A stretch of DNA of 64,000 bases, taken from positions 143,611 through 207,610 of the forward strand of contig DF237046.1 in NCBI GenBank assembly GCA_000708835.1, given 5' to 3'. The notes under the pieces are model-generated. The model made no database searches, was not told the origin of the DNA, and saw only the letters and a program-made list of their open reading frames with translations. This DNA comes from Klebsormidium nitens. Lineage: Eukaryota > Plantae > Klebsormidiophyceae. Of the stretch, positions 1-12,338 are shown one piece after another; position 1 is the first letter of the stretch; the number at the start of each line of letters is the position of its first letter. A program made the position numbers and the translations under genes.

Positions 1-1888
1 GTGCTCTTGCAAGACGGCCAAAACGTGGTACAACACAGGGACGGAATACATTCTGCCGAAAACCCTGTCAGTACGAAACCAGATGATGGGTCCGCCGCAA
101 TCGGTCAGCTCACCTTGTTGTCCCCCAAGCGGAACCTGTAGAAATCCTTTTCAGACCCCTGCAGCCACAAGCATGTCGGGGGTGAGCGTCCAAACAGCCC
201 AGCCGATATTGCCCTTCGACTTGCCAAATGTGGAGTCCGCCAAGGGCCAGGGCAACGGAAGGCGCGCACGTTTGCAACAAGCGTTCCTTGGGATCTATCT
301 AAAAGATGTATCTAATCGTCTACGAATTACACAATCTTCGTAAGTCAGCCTTTGAATCTAGCAACTGAAGCTATCCAGCACAGGTGCGCTCAAACTCGTT
401 TTGGAACAGGTCGCACGATGCGCCCACCTCGAAAGAGCCTCCCCTCGACTTATTCCGAGCCTCGAAAGGGCGGCCCAAGTACCCGATAGTGTACCCATCC
501 CAGTCGACCTGAAAGACAGCAAGAAGGGCCTGTCTAGAAGGGCGGCAAGCCACATTTCGAGTGGGTGACTTGCCTCGAAAGAGCCACCTTTAGCCTTGTT
601 CCTTGCCTCAAAGATGCGGCCGTAGTAGCCAATGGTGTATCCATCCCAGTCAATCTGCAGACAGTGCATCGGGGAAAGGCTTTCCCAGCAACCCAGACGG
701 ATGAAAGTACATAATGAAGAGGTGCAGCTATTACTGAGGTGAAAAGGGAAACATGCTGCATCACAGCCTGGCAACCTGGAGAGTACTTTCGCATTTACAT
801 CAGTACTCAATACTCGTGTCCTTAATGGCAGCCAAGCTGCAGCAGGGATGCGTTTGCTCACCACGGCTACTTGCCCTTTCTTAGCTTGTGGTCCAAGCCC
901 TGGTTTCAACTCCTGCAGGGGTAGGGAGTCCAAATGTTGCATCAGAGTCCAGCTCAGTCCAGTAAACTACATTGAGCCACACAACATGCAGCGGGCATGT
1001 TGATAGCTTTCACATAACAACAAACCTGTCTAGAGCTGCATTTGCTTTCCCTTGCTTTCTTCAGATCCATACTCAAGCTCCCATGACTGTACTTTGGTAC
1101 AGGCCGGAAGACTGTGAGCTTGAAGCTGGGGCTTGCACAGAAGTCCACGATGGGCCTCCGTAACGGTTAGCCGTCATCAATCCTTGACCAAGCGGTGGTT
1201 CAAGTAAGTACCATCGAAGGTTGTTGAAGACTGCAGCCCTCAACAGTTGGGGAAGCGGGGCACGTGCTTACCTTGTACTGCAACCCGGTTTCAGTCAGGA
1301 TGTAGTCAGGACCGGCCCTCATCGCAGACTTACCGTAGTCTTTGCCTCGAATAGCGGGCACTGCACACGCAAAGAGCTATCATCAGATTTTTTTTCTGCA
1401 GAAACTTCCGCCATCCTCTCAGCCAAGCCAGTATCCAACCTTAAGAGCATCAAGAAAGATCACAAGTGCCATGGAGAGCTTGGTACAACGAGGACATATA
1501 GTACGGCAGTACAAAGGAGGGCGCCCGTTGTTTACTCACTATCGGTGAATTTCCGGTTTCCTTCAGCAGCATTTCCTTCAGCAGCATTTGCTCTTCCATA
1601 ATGAGCTGCAATTGCCGACGCTGCTGCCGCTAGCGCCAGCAACACCTGCCGTCTGCCCTCTGCGTGTGTAGCAATTGGCAAGGCGCCCTTCGCCGACTCG
1701 TCTTGCCTGCTGTCGGCTCTTACTGAGCTCACACCTTTTCTAGAACACTGGCTTCTCAGATGTACATCTAATGATGGTCCCTTAGATAAACGAGCACATT
1801 TCTCAAATCGTTCTGCCGCCGTCCTCAAGCATGATTGCTTTGGAAGCACAAACCTGGGGCCACCCAACGTTAGAGCATCCGAAGCCAT
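1..1888 (-). CDS. FKBP19: Thylakoid-lumen FKBP-type peptidyl-prolyl isomerase (FKBP19 orthologue); 3' end runs off the window
   Basis: Exon 1 encodes a bipartite transit peptide with twin-Arg motif (RRQVLLALAAAASAIAA..ANA). Spliced exons give MPAIRGKDYGKSAMR..PDYILTETGLQYK / ELKPGLGPQAKKGQVAV / (I|V)DWDGYTIGY.GR.FEARNK..GGSFE / GSEKDFYRFRLGDNK (114-158), matching plant FKBP19 as I recall it. Confidence 0.9.
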
Positions 1889-2080
1889 TCTGGGTCTGGG
1901 CTTGTCAACTCTTGACCAGCGGTCCCCACCTAGTCACGTCCAGAAACTCACGAGAGACCAAGTTCCATCTCCAGCTCTCTAGAGTCTAGTAGTAGATGCT
2001 GACGAGTGACAAGAGGTTTGCAGACGTGAAAGGACGTAGGTTTGCTAGTCTTACGATATGCGTCATTGATGATGTCACAC

Positions 2081-2311
2081 AGGGTTAACCTCCTAACGCA
2101 CACTAAAACCCTAAGGGTAATATTGAGCAGTAGCCCGGTTTTTAACAAACCCTAAGGCGTTCCGCCAGAGCGCACCCTTACCCACCCTAACCCCCCAGCT
2201 AACCCCACCAAGATCACAGGTTTGCCCTCATTGTAACCGGAATCTGCCCCGAGCACTTCACCGCACCCGGTGAAACCTGGCGGTACCAACCATACCGACA
2301 AGTACCGTACC
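2081..2311. promoter_or_regulatory. Telo-box-like (AAACCCTAA) cluster plus GTACCGTACC in the FKBP19/rhomboid divergent spacer
   Basis: aaaaccctaa at 2105, aaaccctaa at 2147, further accctta/accctaaccc/ctaacccc motifs, and GTACCGTACC at 2302. Confidence 0.45.
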
Positions 2312-2791
2312 CCACCACTGCTATCGCTGATGTCACCGATGACGTAGTTTTGAAGACTAGCAAAGTTATGTAGTCTGCTGGGTGAAAGCGTTCTCCAGGT
2401 GAATATAAGGGCTCGTGTCGACAGACTTCTTATGAAATCTCAACTGACGGTGATGACCCCGGCACTCCAAGCTTGGTACAATCTTGATATTAAAGTGAAT
2501 TAGCGTAGGTAAAGAACGGTACCAGAGGAAGCCCCAATAACCCTCCGTGTTGCGTAATAAGCGTCCAGAGTGTTGTCCGCTTTGCCCGCGTATTGGAGAT
2601 ATATTCCAAACGCTCTGTTCTGCTGCAGTGAAGTTGCGAAATGTTGATCAACAGTGAAGAGCTGCAGGAGGAAGACATCATTTGTCATCTAAGCCTAAAC
2701 CTTTCAAAGCTCCGAGCATCACTTTTATTTGCTGGGACCTAGACGCAGAGCCCAATCCTTCTAGCTGTTGTTGATCACTGACTTCCTTTCA

Positions 2792-5225
2792 ATGGACGGT
2801 GTCTACTTCTCTTCGATGGCGGCGGCCGCCTCAGCAGCTTCCGACTGCATCACTCGCAGTGCTTTCGTAGCAGCCACACGGCATTTTTTGAAAAACCATG
2901 AGCATCAGCTGCACACCCAGCAGCCTGATCGACCTTATCACTCCAGTCCACAGACGCAGAGCAGCTCCTGTGGTGGTGGAGGGTCTGGCATGTTTGGAGC
3001 GGGCGTCGTATTAAGCCGCCGACGGAGAGGGATGCAATGCCGTGCATCGAGCGGAAGGGAGGCCAGTTCACTGGATCAAAGTAGCAAAGCATTGGTGCCT
3101 GGGCCAATGTCATTCGGACTATTGCGGTTAAATTGCGGGGTTGCGGCGCTAGGTGTTGCGACCATCGGTATGGCAATTCAAACCCCATTTTGCTTCTTCT
3201 GCCGGCTGACGTGATCTTTCTGGATGGCTCCATTTTTTGACCATTGATGGATTAGTGATGCCGCGGGGAGAGTCCTCTTTGCAGAATGTACAGCTCTAGT
3301 TGCTCATCAGAGTTCGTTTCAATTGCAGTACTTGCTGCGCTTAATCCTAGCCTGATGAGGCAGCTGCTCGGTTGCAGGAAGATCGAAGTTAGATGTGACT
3401 CGGGGGAAGGGACGGTCTAGCAGCTCTCGCCGGGAGTGGGAGAGGTCTGAAGACCGGGAGCCCCATATCCTGGAAAGGCTGCTGGCACCGTTCAGGGATC
3501 GGGGACGTTTCTGGACCAACGTGTTCCTAGCAGCGAATATTGTGTAAGTGACAGCCACGGCCCTTGTACAGTCTCTAAACTGTTTAGCAGAGCCTTCGAA
3601 TATTCCCCCGCGGACGCTTGCTTAGCATCGATTCACATACTTTTCGAGAAGCACGTCAGCCGGCTCCTGTCCAATGTGCCTGGTTGAGTTTGTGCCAGTG
3701 GTTTCTCCAGTCAAAGCTAACCGCAAACATGTCACGTTGTTGCCCTTACTACAAGACGTACTATAAAGCAGGCATCCACCCCACTGTCTTTGCAGTGTCT
3801 TCATGGGCCAGCTGGCCTTGGGGAGCGATCGTGTCGTGATGTGGGGCGCAAAAGTGAACGAGTTCATAGACCAGGGACAATACTGGCGCTTCATCACGGC
3901 AAATTTCCTTCATTCTGGAGTCAGCCATCTGCTGGTGAGGGGCAAGTGAAACGGCGTAGTAGACTGCATGAATGTCCAAACAGAAATAAGCCAAGGATTT
4001 CACAATAACCGCACGTTGTGTAATTTTGTGTCATTTCTCAACTCGAGTGTCTCATGTTCAGCCCTGTTACTCATAGCCCGTCTGAAATGAAGTTTGCAAG
4101 GCAAGAAATCAATGGTGCCTCTTTGGAAGCCCCAAAGGACTCCCTCTTTCTCCAGATGAACTGTTACTCGTTGAACAACGTTGGCCCATCCTGGGAGCGC
4201 ATTGCTGGGGCGCCCCGCTTCCTGACTGTGTATGCAGCGGCCAGCCTGGCCACTGTGCTGGCCAGCTACAGTTTCACCCCGCAGCCGTCCGTGGGGGCAT
4301 CGGGGGCCATCTTTGGACTGGTGAGATCGCTGCTGGGTGACGAGAAAGATGCATGATCAGAACGGTTTAGCGAAACAACGGTCCAGCAAGTTTTCTCTGC
4401 CGTTGGTTCTTTGACGGACCAGTCATGTCTAGCTGAAGAACCCCACAACGTTGCCACTTTCTCTAGGGAGAGAGTCGTGCACCGCTTGGCAGTTGTCCCG
4501 CTAGCAAGTCATTCGGCTTTAACGTTCTAGCGGCTCCTTGTCCTGGCCTGCAGTAGTCGGTCTTGTCTTACAGTGACCTTGCATAAAGGGACAGGGATTC
4601 AAGTGGACTGAATTTGTGCCCAGGTGGGGGCCCTGACCGTGTTCTCCTACCGGTACATGCGCCTCTTTCGGAGCGGGGAAGGCCGCGAGCTCTTCAACTC
4701 GCTCGTGCGCACTGTCGCTGTCAACGCCCTCCTTGGGGTGGCCATCCAGCGCTGGGACAACTGGGGCCATGTGAGCATACCAGCAGTGTACGGCCATGAG
4801 ATTGAAAATGCGGACTAAACACTTTGGTTCATCGTTGGCCTCAGCATTGCTCGTGATGGCACCATAAAGGTCACATGGTCAGCGTCAGCGTCCTCCGCTG
4901 GTCAGAGTCCGGCGGTGTGGGGCATGCTTGGGTCAGTCAGACATCTCTTTGATGTGAGCTGATGAAATAGAATGGCATGTCTTTACAGGCAGGAGGTTTC
5001 CTCGGCGGAGCAGCTGCAGCCTGGATCCTGGGGCCTTCGTATGAGGTGAGGAAACCAACTTCGAGAGTGTTGTTCATCAAGCGAGGGCCTTGGACAGCTT
5101 GCTATATGGATAGGGCGGTCTTGTACTCCGATCGCCCAGGAATCTCGGGGCTACTAGCTTCCATCTTTAAAGTAATTGTTTGGGTCAACAGGGCCGATTG
5201 CACAGGGGCTGCAACAGGTGTCTAG
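2792..5225 (+). CDS. RBL10: Rhomboid intramembrane serine protease, plastid RBL10-like (about 6 exons)
   Basis: Exons give RFWTNVFLAANIV / MWGAKVNEFIDQGQYWRFITANFLHSG / PSVGASGAIFGL (catalytic GASG) / DNWGH|AGGFLGG (catalytic His). N-terminus is Ser/Ala-rich and transit-peptide-like. GT-AG introns keep the frame. Confidence 0.88.
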
Positions 5226-6938
5226 AGTGCCAGACACTTTTGCAGTGCTTGTCGCAGTCCACTTTGCAGGATGCGACCATTTTATGCGTCTACTTCGACC
5301 CATTTTGACAGCGCTTCAGGGCCTTTAGTGTTTCAATTGGATGCGACCATGTCTTCTCAATCCTGGCCAGAAGTCATCATTCGGTCTGGTCCAGGTTTCC
5401 TTGCCCTAGAATAGCATCTGGCGGTTTTTATCACAGTAGGCAACAGCTCTTCACGTCAAGCATCAGAGCTGGTCATTGTTCATTGTCGTGCAGGTGAACT
5501 ACTATGCGGGTTTGATGGTAGACCGGCCACCCTTAAGAAGGCTACTGGATCAATTTGATAAAAGCAACGGGAAGAAAGATACGCCGCTGTGATAACAAAT
5601 ATCTTTAGCAGTAGGTCTTGTATAATATCGCAAATGTTGCCTCAAGCTGAGGCAGGCAAATAGTACCGATCAGCAGCTTGCAATACTGCAGTCCCTTTAT
5701 GTAGAGGTGATCAACAGAATTGAAGCCACTACTGAAAGACGTTTACAGTTCTCTGAGGCTCGCTGGAAGATACCTGGAATATGAAAGTGTACATTGCAAG
5801 TACAAGTAAAGAGGGTCCCATGCGCCTCATGAGATCAGTCACGCCTTCCATTGCATGCGACTCCTTTGGTCGAAGAATTGCATTGTAAAAACCCACATAC
5901 ATGCATTGTTCGATAATCACAGCTGAAGCCGCGCTGCTTTGTCATGCAAGTCGAAGGGAATTATCGCTCCATTCGCTATAAGGCTTGTGCATGATCACAT
6001 GCATCGTCTTTACTCAAAGGTCGCAATTTCGCTTCGCCGCCATGCCAGCAATCTAGTGGCGGATAGACATAGCTAGCTGGATTGCAAATCTCAATTAACC
6101 GGTACGTGCATGCGGGCCACTGCAAGCGCATGCATTTGTGAAGGTTGCGCGCAACTTTGCCCGATGGCTCATGGCATGATTTAGGTATTGCATTACGCGG
6201 ATGGCCGACTCCCAATACATATACGAACCAATTTGATGGCCGATCTCACTAGGATGCACATGCAGGTCTTGATTTGACGCAGGCTCGCTTTATATAGTGA
6301 TAGCCACTGAGTTAACGCATAAAATGATGCACCGTCGTTCGAAATTGCCAACAGATATAGCCCATGATTTGCACCATTCGTAAAATTAACATTCAGCCTT
6401 TTAGTAGACATTAGAACCGTACCGTCGTAAGCTTATCATGATATCAGTTTATACAATTGGGCCCCATGCAATGGTTGGCCGGTGGCCGGGCAGCTAGATT
6501 AACACATGCTCGCCAGGATCGATCATTCTGAGGTTCATGCAAATTGCTTCTTGATCTGCTATGCAACTCGATGTATCATTATACCAGCGAAAGACTGCAT
6601 TTAAGAATAGCACACAGATGTGTGTAGTAGGCAAAGCAGATTACATGTGCTTGCGACCATAATAATCGCAGTCTCTGCATCATACAAAATTGTAGCATCC
6701 TCAGGTTTTATATCTGCTTGTACACAACGGTTCAAATTGAGTTTTCAGTAGGAGGAGGCTGACCACCTCCGGATCCTTTTTAAGTTTACTGTCATATGTA
6801 CACCTACTACTTAACCACCATATGTATAGAAGTTCTAATAGGATCCGCAGATCTGTCTCTCGAGATATGTCCAGGAATGTCCGTTTATTATCCACAAGGC
6901 TAATGTGCTGCCGCTCATTTGCCAGCCGTACTGGAATC

Positions 6939-9900
6939 TTAGTGTTGGGTTTCCGACGAGCTTGATTCCGACTCCAGCATGGCCCATCCCTCATCTTCAA
7001 TTTCCCCTTGGTCGAAGTGAGGACCGACCTGCTGCTGGAAGACCCCCAGGTATTGGCTGGTCAAGTTGCTCGGAGAAGGGCCATACAGGCCCATGTGAAG
7101 AGCCTGCGCTGACCCTACATCAAAGGCCTCCTGGCTCTCGACAATGTTCGAAGCAGTGACCCCGCCTTGGTTCTCCCGGTCTGCGACATAGTTGCTCGCA
7201 TCTCCTCCCGGAGCCTGGCTCAGTCTCATGCTACTGTTGGTGGACTGGAAGTTGGACTGAGCAGACAGCGACAGGAGTGACGGGAGCGACGACTGCAGGG
7301 AATGCTCACTGTCCCCTGCGGTGCTGTCGGAACTGGGGATAACTGCTCGAGGGTGCCCCTCAGCGTGGTCGATGTTTCCTGCCGGTGATCCCCCCTCGCT
7401 GGCAGAAGCGGCACTAACTTCCGGGTGGTCCGTGTCAGCCTCTGTTTGCGGCACCGAGAGAGTTTCTATCTCTGCAGCTCTGCTTAAGATGGTTTCTCCT
7501 TGAGAATGCGAGGAGCGGCGTAAGGCAGACCCTGCCTGGCCGACAGTCAGAAACGACGACGGCGCGAGCGGGCCGCTGAGCCCACTGCCGGAGGCCAGCC
7601 GCTCAACAGCCGCCAGGTCCTCACGGAGCATGGCCACCTCAGCCCTGCATAAGACATGCGCCGTTAGACAACGCGTTCACCAAAATAATCTCAAGGCAAT
7701 CTGCCGTGAGAAGGCCTCATAGCAGTACGAACGAACAGCAAGCAGCTAGAGATGCATGTGACGAGGCAGGTCAACGGGTCTCCTGTTCAACGACAAGCAG
7801 AAAAGCAACTCGGCGCACCACCAAAATGCCTGGTTCACGAGGCTCACAGGGCTGACTCAGCCCAACATTTCAGCAAAGCATACCAAGCATTATGAGGATA
7901 GAACAGTGCGAGCATTTATGGACCAGGTTGCTTACAGCATGGAATCCACCATTGTTCCTTTCTCCATGATGAAGAGATGCAACTGCGAGGGGAAAGAAGG
8001 CTTTGTCATATAGGACGTCCTTCACACAGTCCTCAAATATCTTTTGACTTTGCAAAGCGTAAATGAGACAGCATGGTCAAGAAGACCGTCTTTGATTTGC
8101 AGATGACAAGCTCGAACGTTTGAAGCCCCGCAACCATCATCACTTTTGAATGCTTACAAGAAGCTGATATACCCAAGATGGTCCAAATTCATGCATGATC
8201 GAAACAAAGCGCTTCTATCTGAAGATGGGAATCGAACCCTCAGTAGCCTGACCGCTACGACCATGCTCACCTTGTTGGCCTCAGCCTCTTGTCTATCAAG
8301 GTCCGCCTTCTCTACTTCTGCCTTGTCCAACTTGGTTTGCACAACCTCAAGCGCTGCCTGGACCACAGCCCGTCGCTTGGCCGCTTCTGCGTCGGCCAGT
8401 ACAATGGCAGCCTCTGTGGCCCCCATCCTCTCACGCAGGCCCACTTGCAGCTGCAGGTCAAGTCACATCAAGAACTATAAGCTCATGTGTTGGTGGGGGG
8501 CGCTTTGAGGAGCTTACCATAGGCTGCTCTTCTGTATTTGACCATCAGCCAGCTTTCCCCACATGGTTGCAAAAACCCGGTAGTGGAAACATAAGCATGT
8601 GCGACACTTAAGCTGGCATCAGCAAAGGTGTGAGAGGCGCTCTAATGTAGGTGTGAGAGGCACTCTGATGTATGCCGGGTCCAGAAGAGGGTTGAAGAAT
8701 TGACCTCTATGGAGAGGCACCTCGAAAAAACTGTACATTACCCAGACTAGACACCATTAATGCCCTTTGGCGAAGTGGATTCTTCAGAAGGAATGCCCTT
8801 ACGTGCTCCAATGTCGTCCTGATGGCCCTCCTCTCCTCCTGCAGGAGGGCCAGATTGCGGCGCAGCTCCTTTGCCTCCGTTCCCAGCATTGCCAACTCTC
8901 CATGGACCTCCCCGGACCGCCGCTCATTCTCTTCACTTAATCGGGCCACTGCTTGCTGGGTTTGCTCCATGTGGCGCTGCTCTGCATGTCCTGCCACATT
9001 GGCTCTATCCCTGGCTGCATCCAGCTCGACTTCCAGTGCAGCTGCAGTGTTGCGCATCTGGGCATAAGCCGCGAGTTCTGCAGCCAGTCTCTCCTGCACG
9101 TTCCAGCGAGGAGGACAGGTCTAAGACTCAACCTGAAGGATTGAAGACTGAAGGCTGCCATAGTCGACCACCTGCCCTACATGAGATGCAAGCAAGGTAT
9201 GCTGGTAACATTGTCCACAGAAGGTGATCATCAAAAGGAGTTTCCAGCAAGTGCATGACATGACCAGATCGTCAGGAGGTTAGAACAAAGTACAAACTCA
9301 AGGAGGATGCAACATAGTTAGTGAACAAATGACGACGCGATTGGCAGACCAAGGTCACATCAAAGCCAGCTGTGAAAGGAAGGGCATATGAAAGGGGAGG
9401 GCCAGAAAGAAAGGGGCACCTGTCAGTGGTATTGCTTACCTTCTCTTGCACTGACTGTTGGACGAGCATCTCCAGAGTAGGAGACTGTCCTTGGGCAACT
9501 GTCTCTTGGCTACCGTGAAGAGTCCTCTCTTCAGGGGGTTCTATCCCCCTGACAGCCTCTTCCAAAGGGGCTTCCTCATGATTCCTCAGCGGCTCACTTG
9601 AACATACAGCTGGCCCCAAAAGCCCCTCAGGCGGACTTTCATGGGAAATATGAGCCTCAACATCCTCTGCCGAAGTCTCGGCGTCTAAGCAAGTGGACTG
9701 GTTCGCAGCCAATGCTGCTGCTTCCAGGTATGGGTTCCAACTGTCGAGAGCATTGGTCCCAGTCTCCTGAGAGGCATCGTGACCACTCTGAAGTTCGTCA
9801 GTCCCTGCTCCAGCGGAGGGACTACGGGTTTCCAACGGCTGACCTGCAAAACATCCAATACTAGAACACTCAGTAAACAAAGCAATGAACAAACGCAAGC

Positions 9901-10571
9901 GATTTTGAGCACTTGCAATGGGTGGACCAAGAGCTTGACAAGCTTCAAAGAGAAGCTCTGTAACATGGCAGGCTTTTAAACCATGGCAAAAGTTGGTATC
10001 ACATAGACTACGGTTCAGAATTGCTGAGAGATCATTTTTGTTCTGCAGACCTGAGCATGCTTCAAAGAGGCACTTACCTTCACTGCCACGTGACAAGCAT
10101 GCAGGGTTCTCATGTACATGCGCTTCAGATGCTTCGCAAGCCAGAAAGAACGCAGCATCATCTTCATTCAGAAACCGTTCAGCTGCAGCACGAACGACGG
10201 TCCTGTCCAACTGCAGAGGAAGAAGCAAAAGATGAGGCAATCGCCTCCCCAAGCTTCTCTTATATTATTTGTATTAACAAGAAGTTGTGAAAAGCCTTGA
10301 TGCTTGCAAACATGAGGTAACATACTATCCACAGACGTTTTCACTGTACATTCACCAAGAACACACAGCTCACGAAACTGTGATAACAAACGGCTGAAAG
10401 GAGGCAGAATAATGCTGCAGAATGCAAGACGCTACAGAGAATATTCCTCAGAGTGGAAGGACGTACCTGAGGAAAGCTTTCTCGAAGCCCAGCGTAAATG
10501 ACACGCCATTCCGCCATTCCGCCACCTTGAAACCTTGCTAATATGTCCTCTTCAAAACTCCGACTTCGCAT
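6939..10571 (-). CDS. N-terminal CUE-like domain plus long coiled coil (plant ELKS/Rab6-interacting/CAST-annotated family)
   Basis: IYAGLRESFPQ|LDRTVVRAAAERF resembles a CUE domain (FP motif). GEVHGELAMLGTEAKELRRNLALLQEER matches the conserved coiled-coil segment of the plant family. Some internal exons are unresolved. Confidence 0.65.
8626..8671. repeat. 23-bp tandem duplication in a CUE-gene intron
   Basis: aggtgtgagaggc(g/a)ctct(a/g)atgt x2. Confidence 0.85.
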
Positions 10572-10841
10572 GAGAATGGCAATGCGATAGCAACTACCGT
10601 AAGGTCGTCTTCACATGCCTTCCTACTTCCCTTTAAAGGCTCTCATGTTAGCCTGGGCATTGCAGGCACCTGCCGCCATGGCGCTGCATCGTCCACTCGC
10701 GCGAGTCCCTAGTGCGTACACAGGCTACGCTTTGAAAGTGCTGTTGCCAATGCCATGCGTGACGGTGGTCACGGACCTGGTCACGTTCCGTTCATGCTGG
10801 AGCCTAGCTGGCCATGCAGCTCACATTTTATGCTACAGGTA

Positions 10842-10992
10842 GGTACCGTACCGTGTGTGTCTTATGCATACCGCATGGCCAACTTTTGACAAAATAGGCC
10901 GTACGATTCAAAAGCGATGCAATTGGACGATCAGCATTGACCAAAATCACTGATTTCATCAACCGGTTGGTACCAAGGAGTACGTACCGTAC
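10842..10992. promoter_or_regulatory. GTAC cluster in the divergent spacer between the CUE gene and the kinase
   Basis: GGTACCGTACC at 10842 and GTACGTACCGTAC at 10980; 7 GTAC in 150 bp. Confidence 0.45.
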
Positions 10993-12338
10993 TGGGCAAC
11001 TTGGCGGCTGGCAAGTAGGATAGGCGGCCGCGCATGATCCAAACCAGATCGCTTCCGGCGCGGCCGGCCGGCGGCCGCCCAGGCTCCAAACCAGCCTACA
11101 TAAGTAGCTCGTGACTGAGCGGCCGCGCGCGCGCAGGTTGTATATAGTTGTATAGATGCAAACATAAGTTTGACGATCAGCGCCGACGCGCTTTCAAAGA
11201 CTATATTCCGTTTCTTGGAACATTTCTGACGTGTCCAAGTGATTCTTTCGCGCTAGTGCCAGTAGTATTAGAATTTAGTGCTAGCTTAGTACGGTAAGTT
11301 TGTTGACCGGACTACCATCGCGGACCGAGCCCGCCCGCAGAGTGACTCTGGCAGGTGTCTTGCCACTCGAGCTATTGCCTGAGCTGGAGCAATGAGTGTC
11401 ATACGTGAAATGAGGTGAATCATACTATACCAAAGAGCGCGTATTAGCTGATTCGAGGTTTGGAGGCTGGGAGATTGCAAGCGTTTAGACCGACCTCCTG
11501 CAACGCACAAAAGAGCTGTATGCAGATTTCAGAAGTTTACTTCCAACATACTACAGCAGGCCGGCAGCACGGCCGGCAGCTTGCCGCCAACTTGATGCAC
11601 TTGAACGTACGTAGGCCCATTGTTTAAATCCACCGTTCTCGTTTAGCATATCTTGGCACTCCGGAGATGACGTCCTACTTGGCAGCGTCCCCTTAGACCC
11701 TTATTCCCTCATTGACAAGTTTCGAGGGTCTCAGAACACCTCTTTTAGGTAGCCTTGGGAGTACCGTAATAACATCTGGCGACTGGTTTGAAACCCGACG
11801 ACATTGCATTAAGATCCCAAATAAAATCTCGAACGAAAAGAAGCCTAGTGTGCGCGTGACGGCTTGGAGGGAAGAATCTGCTGACGAAAGAGACATGCAT
11901 GGACAAACATCGATGTTGTGGGGATAATAAAAACCTGTCCCCTAGGGCCATTACAGCAGTTGCTGGAGACTTCTCCAATATAAGCACTTACAGAAAAAGG
12001 CCGTCTGGTTGAGCGTTCATGAGAGCCTCCCCTGTTACACGACCTTGGTCTTTTCAAATTATGGGTGGCTTCAAGTTGCCTTGAATAGGGACACACACGC
12101 AACAAGAAGGAAGCACTGGCAGTACTAACCATCACGCTGCGGCCGACTCCTCCTCTCTGGATTCGGTCCCCGCACTTTTCAACTTAGCTTGGCAAAGATC
12201 CCTGACGTCAGGCCCGCAGCTTTCTAGGGGAGTGCCCTGACTTGGCCCTGCAATCCGGGTGCGCTCATAGCAGCCCCTGTTGTTGCTTCTTGAAGGGCAG
12301 AAGTAGTGGGACGGGTAAAGAGGCGCACACCACCAAGA

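Noticed and set aside
1100-1232. Exon-like stretch (VFNNLRWYLLEPP) inside FKBP19
   Set aside because: The FKBP19 alignment is satisfied by reading through GKDYGKSAMR..GLQYK; this stretch is intronic.
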